A DNA stretch of 63,141 bases, filler included. It is 8 parts of 8 records of this genome, joined end to end, with 100 filler letters (N's around TTAATTAATTAA, not from the genome) between each part and the next. Parts side by side here need not be neighbours in the genome. Positions count along the whole stretch, not along the records: positions 18,709 to 27,411 come from DRR723986_8857; positions 27,512 to 36,626 come from DRR723986_8858; 6 more parts are not named here. One strand, 5' to 3'. The notes under the pieces were generated by a model. The model did not search any database, was not told the DNA's origin, and saw nothing but the letters and a program-made list of their open reading frames with translations. Shown here one piece after another: positions 23,410 to 32,918 of the stretch (position 1 is the first letter of the stretch; each line of letters starts with the position of its first letter). Position numbers and translations under genes: made by a program.

Positions 23410-24600
23410 ATGAAAAATATAATTGGCCAAGTTGCACGGGGAAATGATTTTTTTCCAAGAGAGAGAGAAATAAAACGAATAGAAAAAACTATTAGGTCAG
23501 GTAGTCATATGCAATTGTCTGCTCCTAGAAGAGTTGGAAAAACATCTATTCTATACCACTTTTACGATAACGGCCTAGAGGGGTATGAATTCGTTTTTCT
23601 AAATACAGAAGCAGTGTATAAGGAAGAAGACTTCTTTAAAAGAATAGTTCAAGAGGTAATTAAATGCGAATGTATAGGTGGCAACAAAAAGGTTTCCTTA
23701 CAACTTAAAGAGAAAGGGAATGGATTGTTAAAACTGTTGAAGGCAGTAGATGTAGGTGGAGGAGGAGTTCAGCTAAATGATATTGAAGGAGTAGATTACT
23801 TTAAGGAGTTTCAAAATTTAATTAAGGGCTTACAAGTTGAAAAGAAAATCATCATCATGATAGATGAGTTCCCACACACACTTCTTAATATTTTAGGGAA
23901 GGATAATGAAGGTAAAGAAGATGTTATTAAGTTTTTACATTCAAATAGGGCTTTGCGACTGGACAAGGATATTTTAGGTAAGGTACAGTTTATTTACACC
24001 GGATCAATTGGGTTAAACACAACAGTTGCTGAGATTGATGCTACTCATTTGATAAATGATGTTCCACCGGTTCCGGTGAAACCCTTGTTGCCAGGAGAAG
24101 CAAAGGAGTTGATTGCTGAAATATTATTGGATATGGAAATTAACATTTCTGATGAAGTTCAAGAGTATATTTTTGAGAAGGTTGAATGGTTAATTCCTTT
24201 TTATATCAAATTAGTAATTAAAGAAATTGATGACTTAATGGACGAGCTTGTGGGCACAAATGACGTCACTCATGAGATTGTAGATAGAGCTGTCAATGAA
24301 GTCTTAGATTATAGAAACAACAACTATTTTGAGCATTATCATGGTAGGCTAAAAATGTATTACAGCGGTGATAAGTTACAAGCCGTTATTCAAATTTTGA
24401 ATTACATAGCACAGAATCAGGATACTGCGAAGGCTCCTTTATATGAAATGGTATTGAAGTTTGGTCAAGAAAATGAGTTCAAAAACATCATGCAAACACT
24501 AGAGTATGATGGTTATATCTACACAGATGAAACCGGAGGTGAAATTAATTTCAATTCACCAATTTTAAGGATGTGGTGGATAAAAAATATTTGTATTTAA
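23410..24600 (+). CDS. P-loop ATPase (archaeal-ATPase/AAA, STAND-like)
   Basis: DFFPRERE N-terminal motif, Walker A APRRVGKTS, Walker B IIIMIDEF, FIYTGS, and a C-terminal wHTH-like segment ending FNSPILRMWW. ATG 23410 preferred as start. Confidence 0.85.
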   Translation: MKNIIGQVARGNDFFPREREIKRIEKTIRSGSHMQLSAPRRVGKTSILYHFYDNGLEGYEFVFLNTEAVYKEEDFFKRIVQEVIKCECIGGNKKVSLQLKEKGNGLLKLLKAVDVGGGGVQLNDIEGVDYFKEFQNLIKGLQVEKKIIIMIDEFPHTLLNILGKDNEGKEDVIKFLHSNRALRLDKDILGKVQFIYTGSIGLNTTVAEIDATHLINDVPPVPVKPLLPGEAKELIAEILLDMEINISDEVQEYIFEKVEWLIPFYIKLVIKEIDDLMDELVGTNDVTHEIVDRAVNEVLDYRNNNYFEHYHGRLKMYYSGDKLQAVIQILNYIAQNQDTAKAPLYEMVLKFGQENEFKNIMQTLEYDGYIYTDETGGEINFNSPILRMWWIKNICI

Positions 24601-24613
24601 GATACTAGAAACA

Positions 24614-27310
24614 ATGAGTTTAAATTTATATAATCCAGCGAATAAGCGAAAGGACTCTCTAATAGAGGAGTTTGTAATCCGGAAAAAGGAATTCGCGACA
24701 ATTTCAAAGGACCTTAAAACTTTTGAGGGTAAATATCCTCCCCAACATTATTTGATAATCGGGCAACGGGGTGCAGGAAAGACCACCCTCATACAAAGAC
24801 TGATTTACTATATAGAGGATGATAAGAATCTATTTGAACATTTTCTACCTGTTACTCTTGATGAAGAACAGTATGGAATTAGTGAGCTCGCCAATTTATG
24901 GGAAAGAATTTCGGAGATTCTCGAGGATTATTATTCCATTGGAGATGTCTATTCTGAGGTCACTAGGGATATTGCAAAAAAGAACTATGAAGAGAAAGCA
25001 TTCAATGCTTTGCTAAGTCGGTTAAATAAAGAAGACAAGCACATAGTGTTATTCATAGATAACTTTGGAGATATCTTGGATAAATTTAATGAGAAGGAAA
25101 TAAAGCGTCTAAGAGAAATTCTGATGACTTGCCCGCGAATAAGGTTAATAGCCGCAACGCCGGTTCTGTTAGATCAAGTTTTAGATTATAAAAGCCCTTT
25201 ATTTGAGTTCTTTACTACAGTTCATTTAAAAGGATTAGATAATGAAGAGATTAAGACGCTATTATTGAAACTTTCGGAGTTGAATGGCTCAGAAAATAAA
25301 ATAAAGGCAATTCTAAAAAATCAATTTGATAGAATTGAAATATTACGGCAGTTCACAGGGGGGGTTACAAGAACTGTTGTACTACTTTATAATATATTTA
25401 TGGATAGCACAAATGGCAATGCCATTTCCGATCTGCAGTCAACACTAGATGCTCTTACTCCATTGTACAAACACAAAATGGACGATTTGAAAAAGCATCA
25501 ACAAAAAATACTGGATGTTGTAGCAAAAAGTTGGGATGCTGTGAGTGTTAAAGAAATTTCGGCTAGGACAAGGATTGAAAGTAAGATAATTTCTGCCCAG
25601 TTGCGGCAATTAGAGAAGAATCAGATTATTGAGAAGATTTCTACCTCCAAGAAAAATCATTTGTATCAAATAAAAGAACGCTTCTTTAACATTTGGTATT
25701 TAATGAGGTACGGACGTAGAAATGACAGAAACCGTGTAATTTGGCTAGTTAGATTCCTTGAGTCTTGGTATAATAAGGAAGAGTTGGAATTCAGAGTGGA
25801 ATCTTATGTGTCTGCGCTTGAAGCGGGTAAGTTTGAAATAGATTCAGTTGAGATTCTTGGAGAGGCTTATTTATCCTGTCATCACGTCTCATTATCACTA
25901 AAAAGCGAATTAATCAAACGAACGGCGATTCAATTTCCTAAATCAAATCTAGACGCTCGCAAAACGGTTTATGTTGAACTTTATAATAAGGCCGTAGATA
26001 GTCTAGAGAAGAATAATTTTAACGAAGCAATATCTTTTTTGAAACAAATACCGTTAAGAGACAAGGAAGATGACGTCAGGGTTTTTCTTGTAGAATTGTA
26101 TCAAGCAACCGAGGATTATGATAATTGTTTGGAGGAAGGGCTGGCTCTAGTTGATCAAGGGAATAATGATTCAACTATTTTATACGCTATTGGACGATCA
26201 TATTATTTTTTGCAGAATTATAAAGACGCGATTAAATACCTAAAAAGTGCTACAAAAGAAGGTGCTGTTAGAGCATTTGTTGATTTGGGAAATATTTATT
26301 CGACAACTGGACAGTTTTCCAAGGCGGAAAAGTTTTATTTAGAAGGTCTAAAATATGATGATTCAAAAGGTGGTGCCGCTCATTTTTTAGCACATCTATA
26401 TGAAAGAAAAGGAGATTTTCAAAAGTCAGAAAAATATCATTTGTTGGCTCTTGAATTAGGTGAGAAAAGGGTCAACTTGTGTCTGGCTTCATTATATCAT
26501 GACAACGGAGAGCTGGAACAAGCCGCTAAGTATTATGAAGAAGCAGTAAAAACTGAAGAGGATTCATTGATTGGATATGGTATTTTAAAAATTGAAATCG
26601 GAGAAGAAATGGAAGGTAGGGCGCTATTGACGAAAGCTGCAAAGTCTAATGATAATGAGATTATATTTGAATTAGCTCGAGCTTATGATTTTGCTCTCAA
26701 TGAGCCTAAAAATGCGATTAAGTATTACAAGAAATTACGAAAAGAATATATTGATATTGCTGAGCACAGAATTGCTCACATGTATGAGCGATTATCTGAC
26801 TTTCATAACGCAGAAAAATATTTTTTAAGAAGCTTTAAAAAGGTAGAAGATTATAACGTTTTGTTCTGCTTGGTATCACTTTACAAAGATTATAATGTAA
26901 AAAAGAAAGAGGCTTTGGAGTTAATAAATCTTGCAAAACAGAATATTGAATTTGAACCGCAAGATATCGTACTTTATTCAGAAGTATTAGCTTGGAATGG
27001 AGACCTTGAAACTTCGCATAAATGCATTGAAGATTTGATCTCAGAGTCTACTGAGTCTGAGTTGTCAAATGATCGAAATATGATAACTACTTTAACTTCT
27101 TACTTTGTTAGGCTTATTTCACTTGAATATTATCAAACAGCATCAAAGCTACTTGAACAAAAACAACTAAAAGAGATATTAAAACCAGTTTATTTTGCAC
27201 TTATGAAATACATGATGGAAGATTTTCCAGATGAGTATTTGAAAATGGGTAGTGAGTTAAAAGAAATTGTAGAAGATATTGTTTCGGAAATTGAGAACTT
27301 AAAGAAGTAA
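24614..27310 (+). CDS. P-loop ATPase-winged-HTH-TPR/SEL1 repeat protein (STAND-like)
   Basis: Walker A GQRGAGKTT, Walker B VLFIDNF, wHTH (QQKILDVVA...VKEISARTRIESKIISAQLRQLEK), and many TPR-like repeats in the C-terminal half. Confidence 0.85.
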   Translation: MSLNLYNPANKRKDSLIEEFVIRKKEFATISKDLKTFEGKYPPQHYLIIGQRGAGKTTLIQRLIYYIEDDKNLFEHFLPVTLDEEQYGISELANLWERISEILEDYYSIGDVYSEVTRDIAKKNYEEKAFNALLSRLNKEDKHIVLFIDNFGDILDKFNEKEIKRLREILMTCPRIRLIAATPVLLDQVLDYKSPLFEFFTTVHLKGLDNEEIKTLLLKLSELNGSENKIKAILKNQFDRIEILRQFTGGVTRTVVLLYNIFMDSTNGNAISDLQSTLDALTPLYKHKMDDLKKHQQKILDVVAKSWDAVSVKEISARTRIESKIISAQLRQLEKNQIIEKISTSKKNHLYQIKERFFNIWYLMRYGRRNDRNRVIWLVRFLESWYNKEELEFRVESYVSALEAGKFEIDSVEILGEAYLSCHHVSLSLKSELIKRTAIQFPKSNLDARKTVYVELYNKAVDSLEKNNFNEAISFLKQIPLRDKEDDVRVFLVELYQATEDYDNCLEEGLALVDQGNNDSTILYAIGRSYYFLQNYKDAIKYLKSATKEGAVRAFVDLGNIYSTTGQFSKAEKFYLEGLKYDDSKGGAAHFLAHLYERKGDFQKSEKYHLLALELGEKRVNLCLASLYHDNGELEQAAKYYEEAVKTEEDSLIGYGILKIEIGEEMEGRALLTKAAKSNDNEIIFELARAYDFALNEPKNAIKYYKKLRKEYIDIAEHRIAHMYERLSDFHNAEKYFLRSFKKVEDYNVLFCLVSLYKDYNVKKKEALELINLAKQNIEFEPQDIVLYSEVLAWNGDLETSHKCIEDLISESTESELSNDRNMITTLTSYFVRLISLEYYQTASKLLEQKQLKEILKPVYFALMKYMMEDFPDEYLKMGSELKEIVEDIVSEIENLKK

Positions 27311-27317
27311 ACCATGT

Positions 27318-27411
27318 AATTGGCTACAACGTTCGAGTAAATATAATGCTTTCGCTGAAGCTTCATCACAGGCGCTAGGTGTTTTTAGATGCCGCCGCGA
27401 GTGCGTTGGCC
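27318..27411. mobile_element. attC-like element 3 (truncated by contig end)
   Basis: AATTGGCTACAAC-GTTCGAGTAAA. The arm matches element 2, and the core is the reverse complement of 23274-23286. Confidence 0.68.
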
Positions 27412-27511
27412 NNNNNNNNNNNNNNNNNNNNNNNNNNNNNNNNNNNNNNNNNNNNTTAATTAATTAANNNNNNNNNNNNNNNNNNNNNNNNNNNNNNNNN
27501 NNNNNNNNNNN
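27412..27511. other. Artificial contig spacer
   Basis: N44-TTAATTAATTAA-N44. Confidence 0.98.
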
Positions 27512-27512
27512 C

Positions 27513-30215
27513 CGCTATGTCGAAAGCCTGTCGGCCTATGCCCGGCAGTTTTTGGATATGATGGGCAAGCCCGATGTTGACCATATCAGCGGCCTGTCGC
27601 CTGCCATTTCGATCGAGCAGAAAACAACCTCGAAAAACCCGCGCTCGACCGTGGGCACAGTGACCGAGATTTACGATTATATGCGCCTGCTGTTTGCGCG
27701 CGTTGGCACGCCCTATTCGCCCGCAACAGGCCTGCCGATCGAGGCGATGCAGGTGCAAGACATGGTCGATGCCATCATGGCCCGTGACGAGGGCGAACGC
27801 GCCTATCTGCTGGCGCCCATCGTGCGCGACCGCAAGGGCGAATATCGCAAAGAATTTGCCGAATTGCGCAAACAGGGCTTTCAGCGTGTCAAGGTCGATG
27901 GCGCCTTTCACGATCTTGATACGCCCCCCACGCTGGATAAGAAGTTTCGCCACGATATCGATGTGGTGGTCGACCGGATTGTGATCAAAGACGGGCTGCA
28001 AACCCGGCTGGCAGATAGCTTGCGCACAGCGCTGGATTTGGCGCAGGGCATTGCCATTTTGGAAACCGCCCCGCGCGAGGGCGAGGCCGAGCGCATTACG
28101 TTTTCGGAAAATTTTGCCTGCCCTGTGTCTGGCTTTACCATCCCCGAAATCGAACCGCGGCTGTTTTCGTTCAACGCCCCCTTTGGCGCCTGCCCGCACT
28201 GCGACGGGCTGGGGATGGAGCTGTTTTTCGACGAGCGTTTGGTGGTGCCCGATGCCGATCTGAAAATCAGCGATGGCGCCCTGGCGCCCTGGCGCAAGGG
28301 CAAATCGCCCTATTTCCTGCAAACGATCGAGGCGATTGCACGCCATTACGAATTCAAGGCCAGCGCCAAATGGAAAGATCTGCCTGCCCATGTGCAACAG
28401 GTGTTTTTGTATGGCTCGGGCGACGAGGAAATTCAGTTTCGCTACGACGAAGGTGGGCGCGTTTATCAGGTAGCCCGTGTGTTCGAGGGGGTTATCCCCA
28501 ATATGGAGCGGCGCTATCGCGAGACCGACAGCAACTGGATCCGCGAAGAATTCGAGCGCTTTCAAAACAACCGCCCCTGCGGCAGCTGCCATGGCTATCG
28601 CCTGCGCGACGAGGCGCTGGCGGTGAAAATTGCAGGCCTGCATGTGGGCCAAATTGTTGAAATGTCGATCAAAGAGGCGCTGGCCTGGGTTGAAACCGTG
28701 CCTGCGGCGCTCAGCGCACAGAAAAACGAAATTGCCCGCGCGATTTTGAAAGAAATCCGCGAGCGTTTGGGCTTTTTGAACAATGTGGGCCTTGATTACC
28801 TAACCTTGGCGCGCGCGGCGGGCACGCTGTCGGGGGGCGAAAGCCAGCGTATCCGCCTGGCCAGCCAGATCGGCTCGGGGTTGACGGGCGTTCTTTATGT
28901 GCTCGACGAGCCATCGATCGGCCTGCATCAGCGCGACAACAGCCGCCTGTTGGAAACCCTGAAAAACCTGCGCGATCAGGGCAACACGGTGCTGGTGGTC
29001 GAGCATGACGAAGAGGCCATCCGCGAGGCGGATTATGTGTTCGATATTGGCCCGGGTGCCGGTGTGCACGGGGGGCGTGTGGTCAGCCATGGCACCCCGG
29101 CTGTGGTGGCCGCAGACCCTGCCAGCCTAACCGGGCAATACCTGTCGGGCGCGCGGCAAATCGGCGTGCCCCAGACCCGCCGCAAGGGCAACAAGAAAAA
29201 GCTGACGGTGGTCAAGGCCACTGGCAACAACCTGAAAAATGTCACGGCCGAATTTCCCTTGGGCACGTTTTTATGTGTGACGGGCGTGTCAGGCGGTGGC
29301 AAATCAACCCTGACGATCGAGACGCTGTTCAAAACCGCCTCGATGCGGCTGAATGGTGCCCGCCAAACACCCGCGCCCTGCGAAACGATCAAGGGGTTAG
29401 AGTATTTGGACAAGGTGATAGACATTGATCAGCGCCCCATCGGGCGCACGCCGCGGTCTAACCCTGCCACCTATACAGGTGCCTTTACCCCCATTCGCGA
29501 TTGGTTTGCCGGCCTGCCCGAGGCCAAAACCCGCGGCTACAAACCGGGGCGGTTCAGTTTCAACGTCAAGGGTGGGCGCTGCGAGGCCTGCCAGGGCGAC
29601 GGGGTGATCAAGATCGAGATGCATTTTTTGCCCGATGTCTACGTGACCTGCGAAACCTGCCACGGCAAACGCTATAACCGTGAAACGCTGGAGGTGACGT
29701 TCAAGGGCAAATCCATCGCTGATGTGCTGGATATGACGGTGGAGGACGCGCAAGAGTTTTTCAAGGCGGTGCCCTCGATCCGCGAAAAGATGGATGCGCT
29801 GATGCGTGTGGGCCTGGGCTATATCAAGGTGGGCCAGCAGGCCACCACCCTATCGGGCGGCGAGGCGCAGCGGGTGAAACTGTCGAAAGAGCTGAGCAAA
29901 CGCTCGACCGGGCGCACGCTGTATATTTTAGACGAGCCCACCACGGGGCTGCATTTCGAAGATGTGAAAAAGCTGCTCGAAGTGCTGCATGAACTGGTGG
30001 ATCAGGGCAATTCGGTGGTGGTGATCGAACATAATTTGGATGTGATCAAAACCGCCGACTGGATCATCGATATCGGCCCCGAGGGGGGCGATGGCGGCGG
30101 CCAGATCGTGGCGGTGGGCACGCCCGAGGCGGTGGCCTTGGTGCCTGAAAGCCACACGGGGCGCTATTTGGCGCCCATGTTGAAACCGGGCGCTGCCGGG
30201 CAAGCGGCCGAATAG
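27513..30215 (+). CDS. uvrA: Excinuclease ABC subunit UvrA (5'-truncated)
   Basis: [23 protein letters not shown], two LSGGE signatures, GVSGGGKST, zinc fingers. Confidence 0.98.
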   Translation, partial: RYVESLSAYARQFLDMMGKPDVDHISGLSPAISIEQKTTSKNPRSTVGTVTEIYDYMRLLFARVGTPYSPATGLPIEAMQVQDMVDAIMARDEGERAYLLAPIVRDRKGEYRKEFAELRKQGFQRVKVDGAFHDLDTPPTLDKKFRHDIDVVVDRIVIKDGLQTRLADSLRTALDLAQGIAILETAPREGEAERITFSENFACPVSGFTIPEIEPRLFSFNAPFGACPHCDGLGMELFFDERLVVPDADLKISDGALAPWRKGKSPYFLQTIEAIARHYEFKASAKWKDLPAHVQQVFLYGSGDEEIQFRYDEGGRVYQVARVFEGVIPNMERRYRETDSNWIREEFERFQNNRPCGSCHGYRLRDEALAVKIAGLHVGQIVEMSIKEALAWVETVPAALSAQKNEIARAILKEIRERLGFLNNVGLDYLTLARAAGTLSGGESQRIRLASQIGSGLTGVLYVLDEPSIGLHQRDNSRLLETLKNLRDQGNTVLVVEHDEEAIREADYVFDIGPGAGVHGGRVVSHGTPAVVAADPASLTGQYLSGARQIGVPQTRRKGNKKKLTVVKATGNNLKNVTAEFPLGTFLCVTGVSGGGKSTLTIETLFKTASMRLNGARQTPAPCETIKGLEYLDKVIDIDQRPIGRTPRSNPATYTGAFTPIRDWFAGLPEAKTRGYKPGRFSFNVKGGRCEACQGDGVIKIEMHFLPDVYVTCETCHGKRYNRETLEVTFKGKSIADVLDMTVEDAQEFFKAVPSIREKMDALMRVGLGYIKVGQQATTLSGGEAQRVKLSKELSKRSTGRTLYILDEPTTGLHFEDVKKLLEVLHELVDQGNSVVVIEHNLDVIKTADWIIDIGPEGGDGGGQIVAVGTPEAVALVPESHTGRYLAPMLKPGAAGQAAE

Positions 30216-30221
30216 GGCGGC

Positions 30222-30258
30222 AAAAAGGGCCGCGCGCCAATAGTGGCGCGCGCGGCCC
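30222..30258 (-). terminator. Terminator hairpin between convergent uvrA and DUF2892 genes
   Basis: GGGCCGCGCGCCA/TGGCGCGCGCGGCCC stem with an A5 tract on the left (U tract on the minus strand). Confidence 0.65.
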
Positions 30259-30267
30259 CAAACCTCG

Positions 30268-30465
30268 TTATTTTTTTGCGCAGGTGTTGATGCCCAGCAT
30301 CGCATAAGGCGGGCACCAGCCAATCACACCAGTGGCCAGGGGCACGATACCCAGCAGGTAAAGCCAGCTGTAGGCGCCTTCGCCATTGGCAAAATAGCCC
30401 GCAATCAGCGCCAGCCCTACAACCACACGCAAGACACGCTCGAAACCGCCGATATTTTTCGTCAT
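30268..30465 (-). CDS. DUF2892 (YgaP-like) small membrane protein
   Basis: [17 protein letters not shown]...[22 protein letters not shown]. Confidence 0.88.
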   Translation of the reverse strand: MTKNIGGFERVLRVVVGLALIAGYFANGEGAYSWLYLLGIVPLATGVIGWCPPYAMLGINTCAKK

Positions 30466-30521
30466 CTCAGATCTCCTTTTGCCGACGATGGGCCCAGTAT
30501 AGCGCATCTGCCCCGGCCTGT

Positions 30522-30538
30522 CTGTGACTTGGTCACAG
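30522..30538. promoter_or_regulatory. Palindromic operator CTGTGAC-N3-GTCACAG
   Basis: Perfect 7-bp arms between the Crp/Fnr gene and the DUF2892 gene. Confidence 0.7.
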
Positions 30539-30554
30539 GGCGGGGGCGCAGGGG

Positions 30555-31208
30555 CTAGATTGCATCGGCGATGGCTTGCAGGGCGGGGCGGTTGCACAGC
30601 TCGATCTGGCCACGCGCGGTGCGCACCAGCCCGCGTTGCGCCCAGTTTTCCAGCCGGCGTGAAACCACCTCGCGGGCGGTGCCCACTTGTGCGGCCAGTT
30701 CGCCTTGGGTCAGCTGCACGGGGCCGGGGCCTGTTGCCAGGGCCAGCAGCCGTTCGGCAATACGGCATTCTACCCGCGCAAAGGCCACTTTTTCCAGCAG
30801 TTCCATCATCGTGCCCATACGCCCGGCAAAGGCGGAAAACACCATGGCGCGAAAGCTGGGGGTGGTGTCCATCAACCGGGTGAAAAGGGGCCGCGGCACC
30901 ATGACCAATTGGGTCGGGCAGGCGGTTTGTGCGCCGGCGCTATAGCTGGCCTCGCCCAACAGGCCCATCGTGGTTTGAATGCAGCTTTGCCCCGGCACCA
31001 CCGAATAGAGCAAAATCTCGCGCCCTGATGCCGCGCTTAGCGTGACATCGACCTGCCCTGAAAGAATGATGGCATAGCCCGCAACCGGCTGGCCGGGCTG
31101 AAACAGCACAGCCCCTTGCGGCAAAGACAGCACTTTGAGCTGCGATAGCGCCTGCGCATCTTGGGGGGCAAGCCCGTTTAGCCCGGCCTTGCTTGGGGAC
31201 CATTCCAT
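30555..31208 (-). CDS. Crp/Fnr family transcriptional regulator
   Basis: cNMP-like domain (GREILLY..PGQSC) and HTH TQGELAAQVGTAREVVSRRL. Confidence 0.92.
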   Translation of the reverse strand: MEWSPSKAGLNGLAPQDAQALSQLKVLSLPQGAVLFQPGQPVAGYAIILSGQVDVTLSAASGREILLYSVVPGQSCIQTTMGLLGEASYSAGAQTACPTQLVMVPRPLFTRLMDTTPSFRAMVFSAFAGRMGTMMELLEKVAFARVECRIAERLLALATGPGPVQLTQGELAAQVGTAREVVSRRLENWAQRGLVRTARGQIELCNRPALQAIADAI

Positions 31209-31232
31209 TGCCTTTGCCTGTGTTGGTTTCGC

Positions 31233-32918
31233 CTAATCGCTGGTTTTGCGGGCGATCAGCCCGTATTTCAGCATCCAAGCGAAGCTGCGCTCGCAGGTCA
31301 ACACCGAAAGCCCGGCCAGTTTTGCCACCTCTTGCGCATCGGCGCCATGCGCGCCTGTGCTGTGCAGCGCCTCTAAGATGCGCAGCAAGGTTTCAAGCGT
31401 TTCGAAACTGGGGTTTAGGTTTTCATAGCGGCGCAACCCATAGAGCTGGCGCAGCCTGCCTGCATCGGCCTGCGCCACGCATTGGGCCACGCCTGGGGGC
31501 AAGATCTGGCTGGGGTAGGCTGCGAAAAACCCCATGGGGTTGGGCGCAATGGGCAATTCCCGCGGCAGGGTTTGCGCGGGCTTTAGGGCCGTGCTGGGCG
31601 CATCTTTGGCGCGGCGCGCATTCAGTTCAGCCCAAAAATGCTGCATATGTGGGATAACTGTCGCCCAATCATACAGGCTGCGCGCCCGCGCCTGGCCCGC
31701 CACCCCCATTTTTTGGCGCAAGCCCGGATTGCGGGCCAAGGCCAAGATGGCCTGCACCAAGGCGCCCAAATCCAGTTTGGTCAGGGCAGACAGGGTGTTT
31801 GTGTATTTGTGATAGGGCAGAAATTCAAAGGCATAGGCCACCCCCTCGCCATAGCTGTGGCGCGCGCTTAGGCTGCGGCTGGGCACGGCGATGCCCACAT
31901 CACGGGTGACGGTATCGCGCATGCCATCCCAGTCAGAGACAATCACCGGCAGGCCCGCGGCCATTGCCTCGATCGGGGCAAGGCCAAAGGTTTCTTGCAC
32001 GTTATCAATGGGAAAGGCGAAAACATCGGCCCCCGAAAGCGCCTGATGGCGCAGGGTTGCATCGCTGCCATCCAGGTGGTGATAGGCCACATTGGGCATC
32101 AGGCTGGCGGCACCCGTTTCAAAAACCGTTTGGGAATGCTCATCCAGGTAAATGCCGCATGTCAGGTAATGCAGGCGTTGGCCTGTGCCCAGCTGTTTCT
32201 GTGCCTCTTGCAGCGCCAAAAACAGCGGATAGGGGTCGAATTTGCCGTATGGGGCAAGGCGCGACAGGGTCAGCACCAAAACGTCGTTTGGGCCCAACCC
32301 CAGCTTGGCCCGCAGCCTGTGGCGCGCAGCTTTGCTGGGGGTGAAGGCGGCGCAATCGATGCCCAATGGGATCACCGGCATTTGCGGGCGCGCGGGCGCC
32401 TTGCCAAAGCGCGCCTTTGCATAGTCATCGATCAATGACATCTGATGCTGCATCGAGGCCTGCACCGCCCTAGATGTGCAAATAAGCCCATCCCATGGCT
32501 GCAAAGGGGCTGTGCACAAATCGAAGATGCCGCCCATCACCGCTTTTGTGGCGGTGGTATGGGTAATGCCGCACAGGCTGTAGCGCGCATCGCCCAGCGG
32601 GTAGCGGCGCCACAGCTCGGGGGCAAAATTGGGCGAGGGGAAATTGACCACGCCCGCCGCACCCAGCCGCTGGGTATTGGCGCGGTTGATCAGCTCGACC
32701 GGGGTATCGGGCGCATTTTCTGCCGCCGTTTGTTTGAACGCCTGCCCACCGGTTTTGTTTTGGACGATGGCATAAAACCTGTCTGCCTTGGCATGGCGCA
32801 AAAACCCTTGCAAAAACGAGGCGCCAGCCACGCGGCGCCCGTTGATGCCGTGGGTGCTGGGGCTGTAGCCATCTTCGGCATACCAGATGGCGGCATTGGC
32901 CGGATCAAGTGCTGGCAT
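31233..32918 (-). CDS. Glycosyltransferase family 4
   Basis: DNVQETFGLAPIEAMAAGLPVIVSDWDG motif; start MPALDPA at 32918, overlapping the upstream stop. Confidence 0.88.
   Translation of the reverse strand: MPALDPANAAIWYAEDGYSPSTHGINGRRVAGASFLQGFLRHAKADRFYAIVQNKTGGQAFKQTAAENAPDTPVELINRANTQRLGAAGVVNFPSPNFAPELWRRYPLGDARYSLCGITHTTATKAVMGGIFDLCTAPLQPWDGLICTSRAVQASMQHQMSLIDDYAKARFGKAPARPQMPVIPLGIDCAAFTPSKAARHRLRAKLGLGPNDVLVLTLSRLAPYGKFDPYPLFLALQEAQKQLGTGQRLHYLTCGIYLDEHSQTVFETGAASLMPNVAYHHLDGSDATLRHQALSGADVFAFPIDNVQETFGLAPIEAMAAGLPVIVSDWDGMRDTVTRDVGIAVPSRSLSARHSYGEGVAYAFEFLPYHKYTNTLSALTKLDLGALVQAILALARNPGLRQKMGVAGQARARSLYDWATVIPHMQHFWAELNARRAKDAPSTALKPAQTLPRELPIAPNPMGFFAAYPSQILPPGVAQCVAQADAGRLRQLYGLRRYENLNPSFETLETLLRILEALHSTGAHGADAQEVAKLAGLSVLTCERSFAWMLKYGLIARKTSD

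Noticed and set aside
18709-27411. AT-rich segment as a genomic island inserted in a Roseobacter chromosome
   Set aside because: It is bounded by artificial spacers, and its T9SS and promoter signatures indicate a separate Bacteroidota contig.
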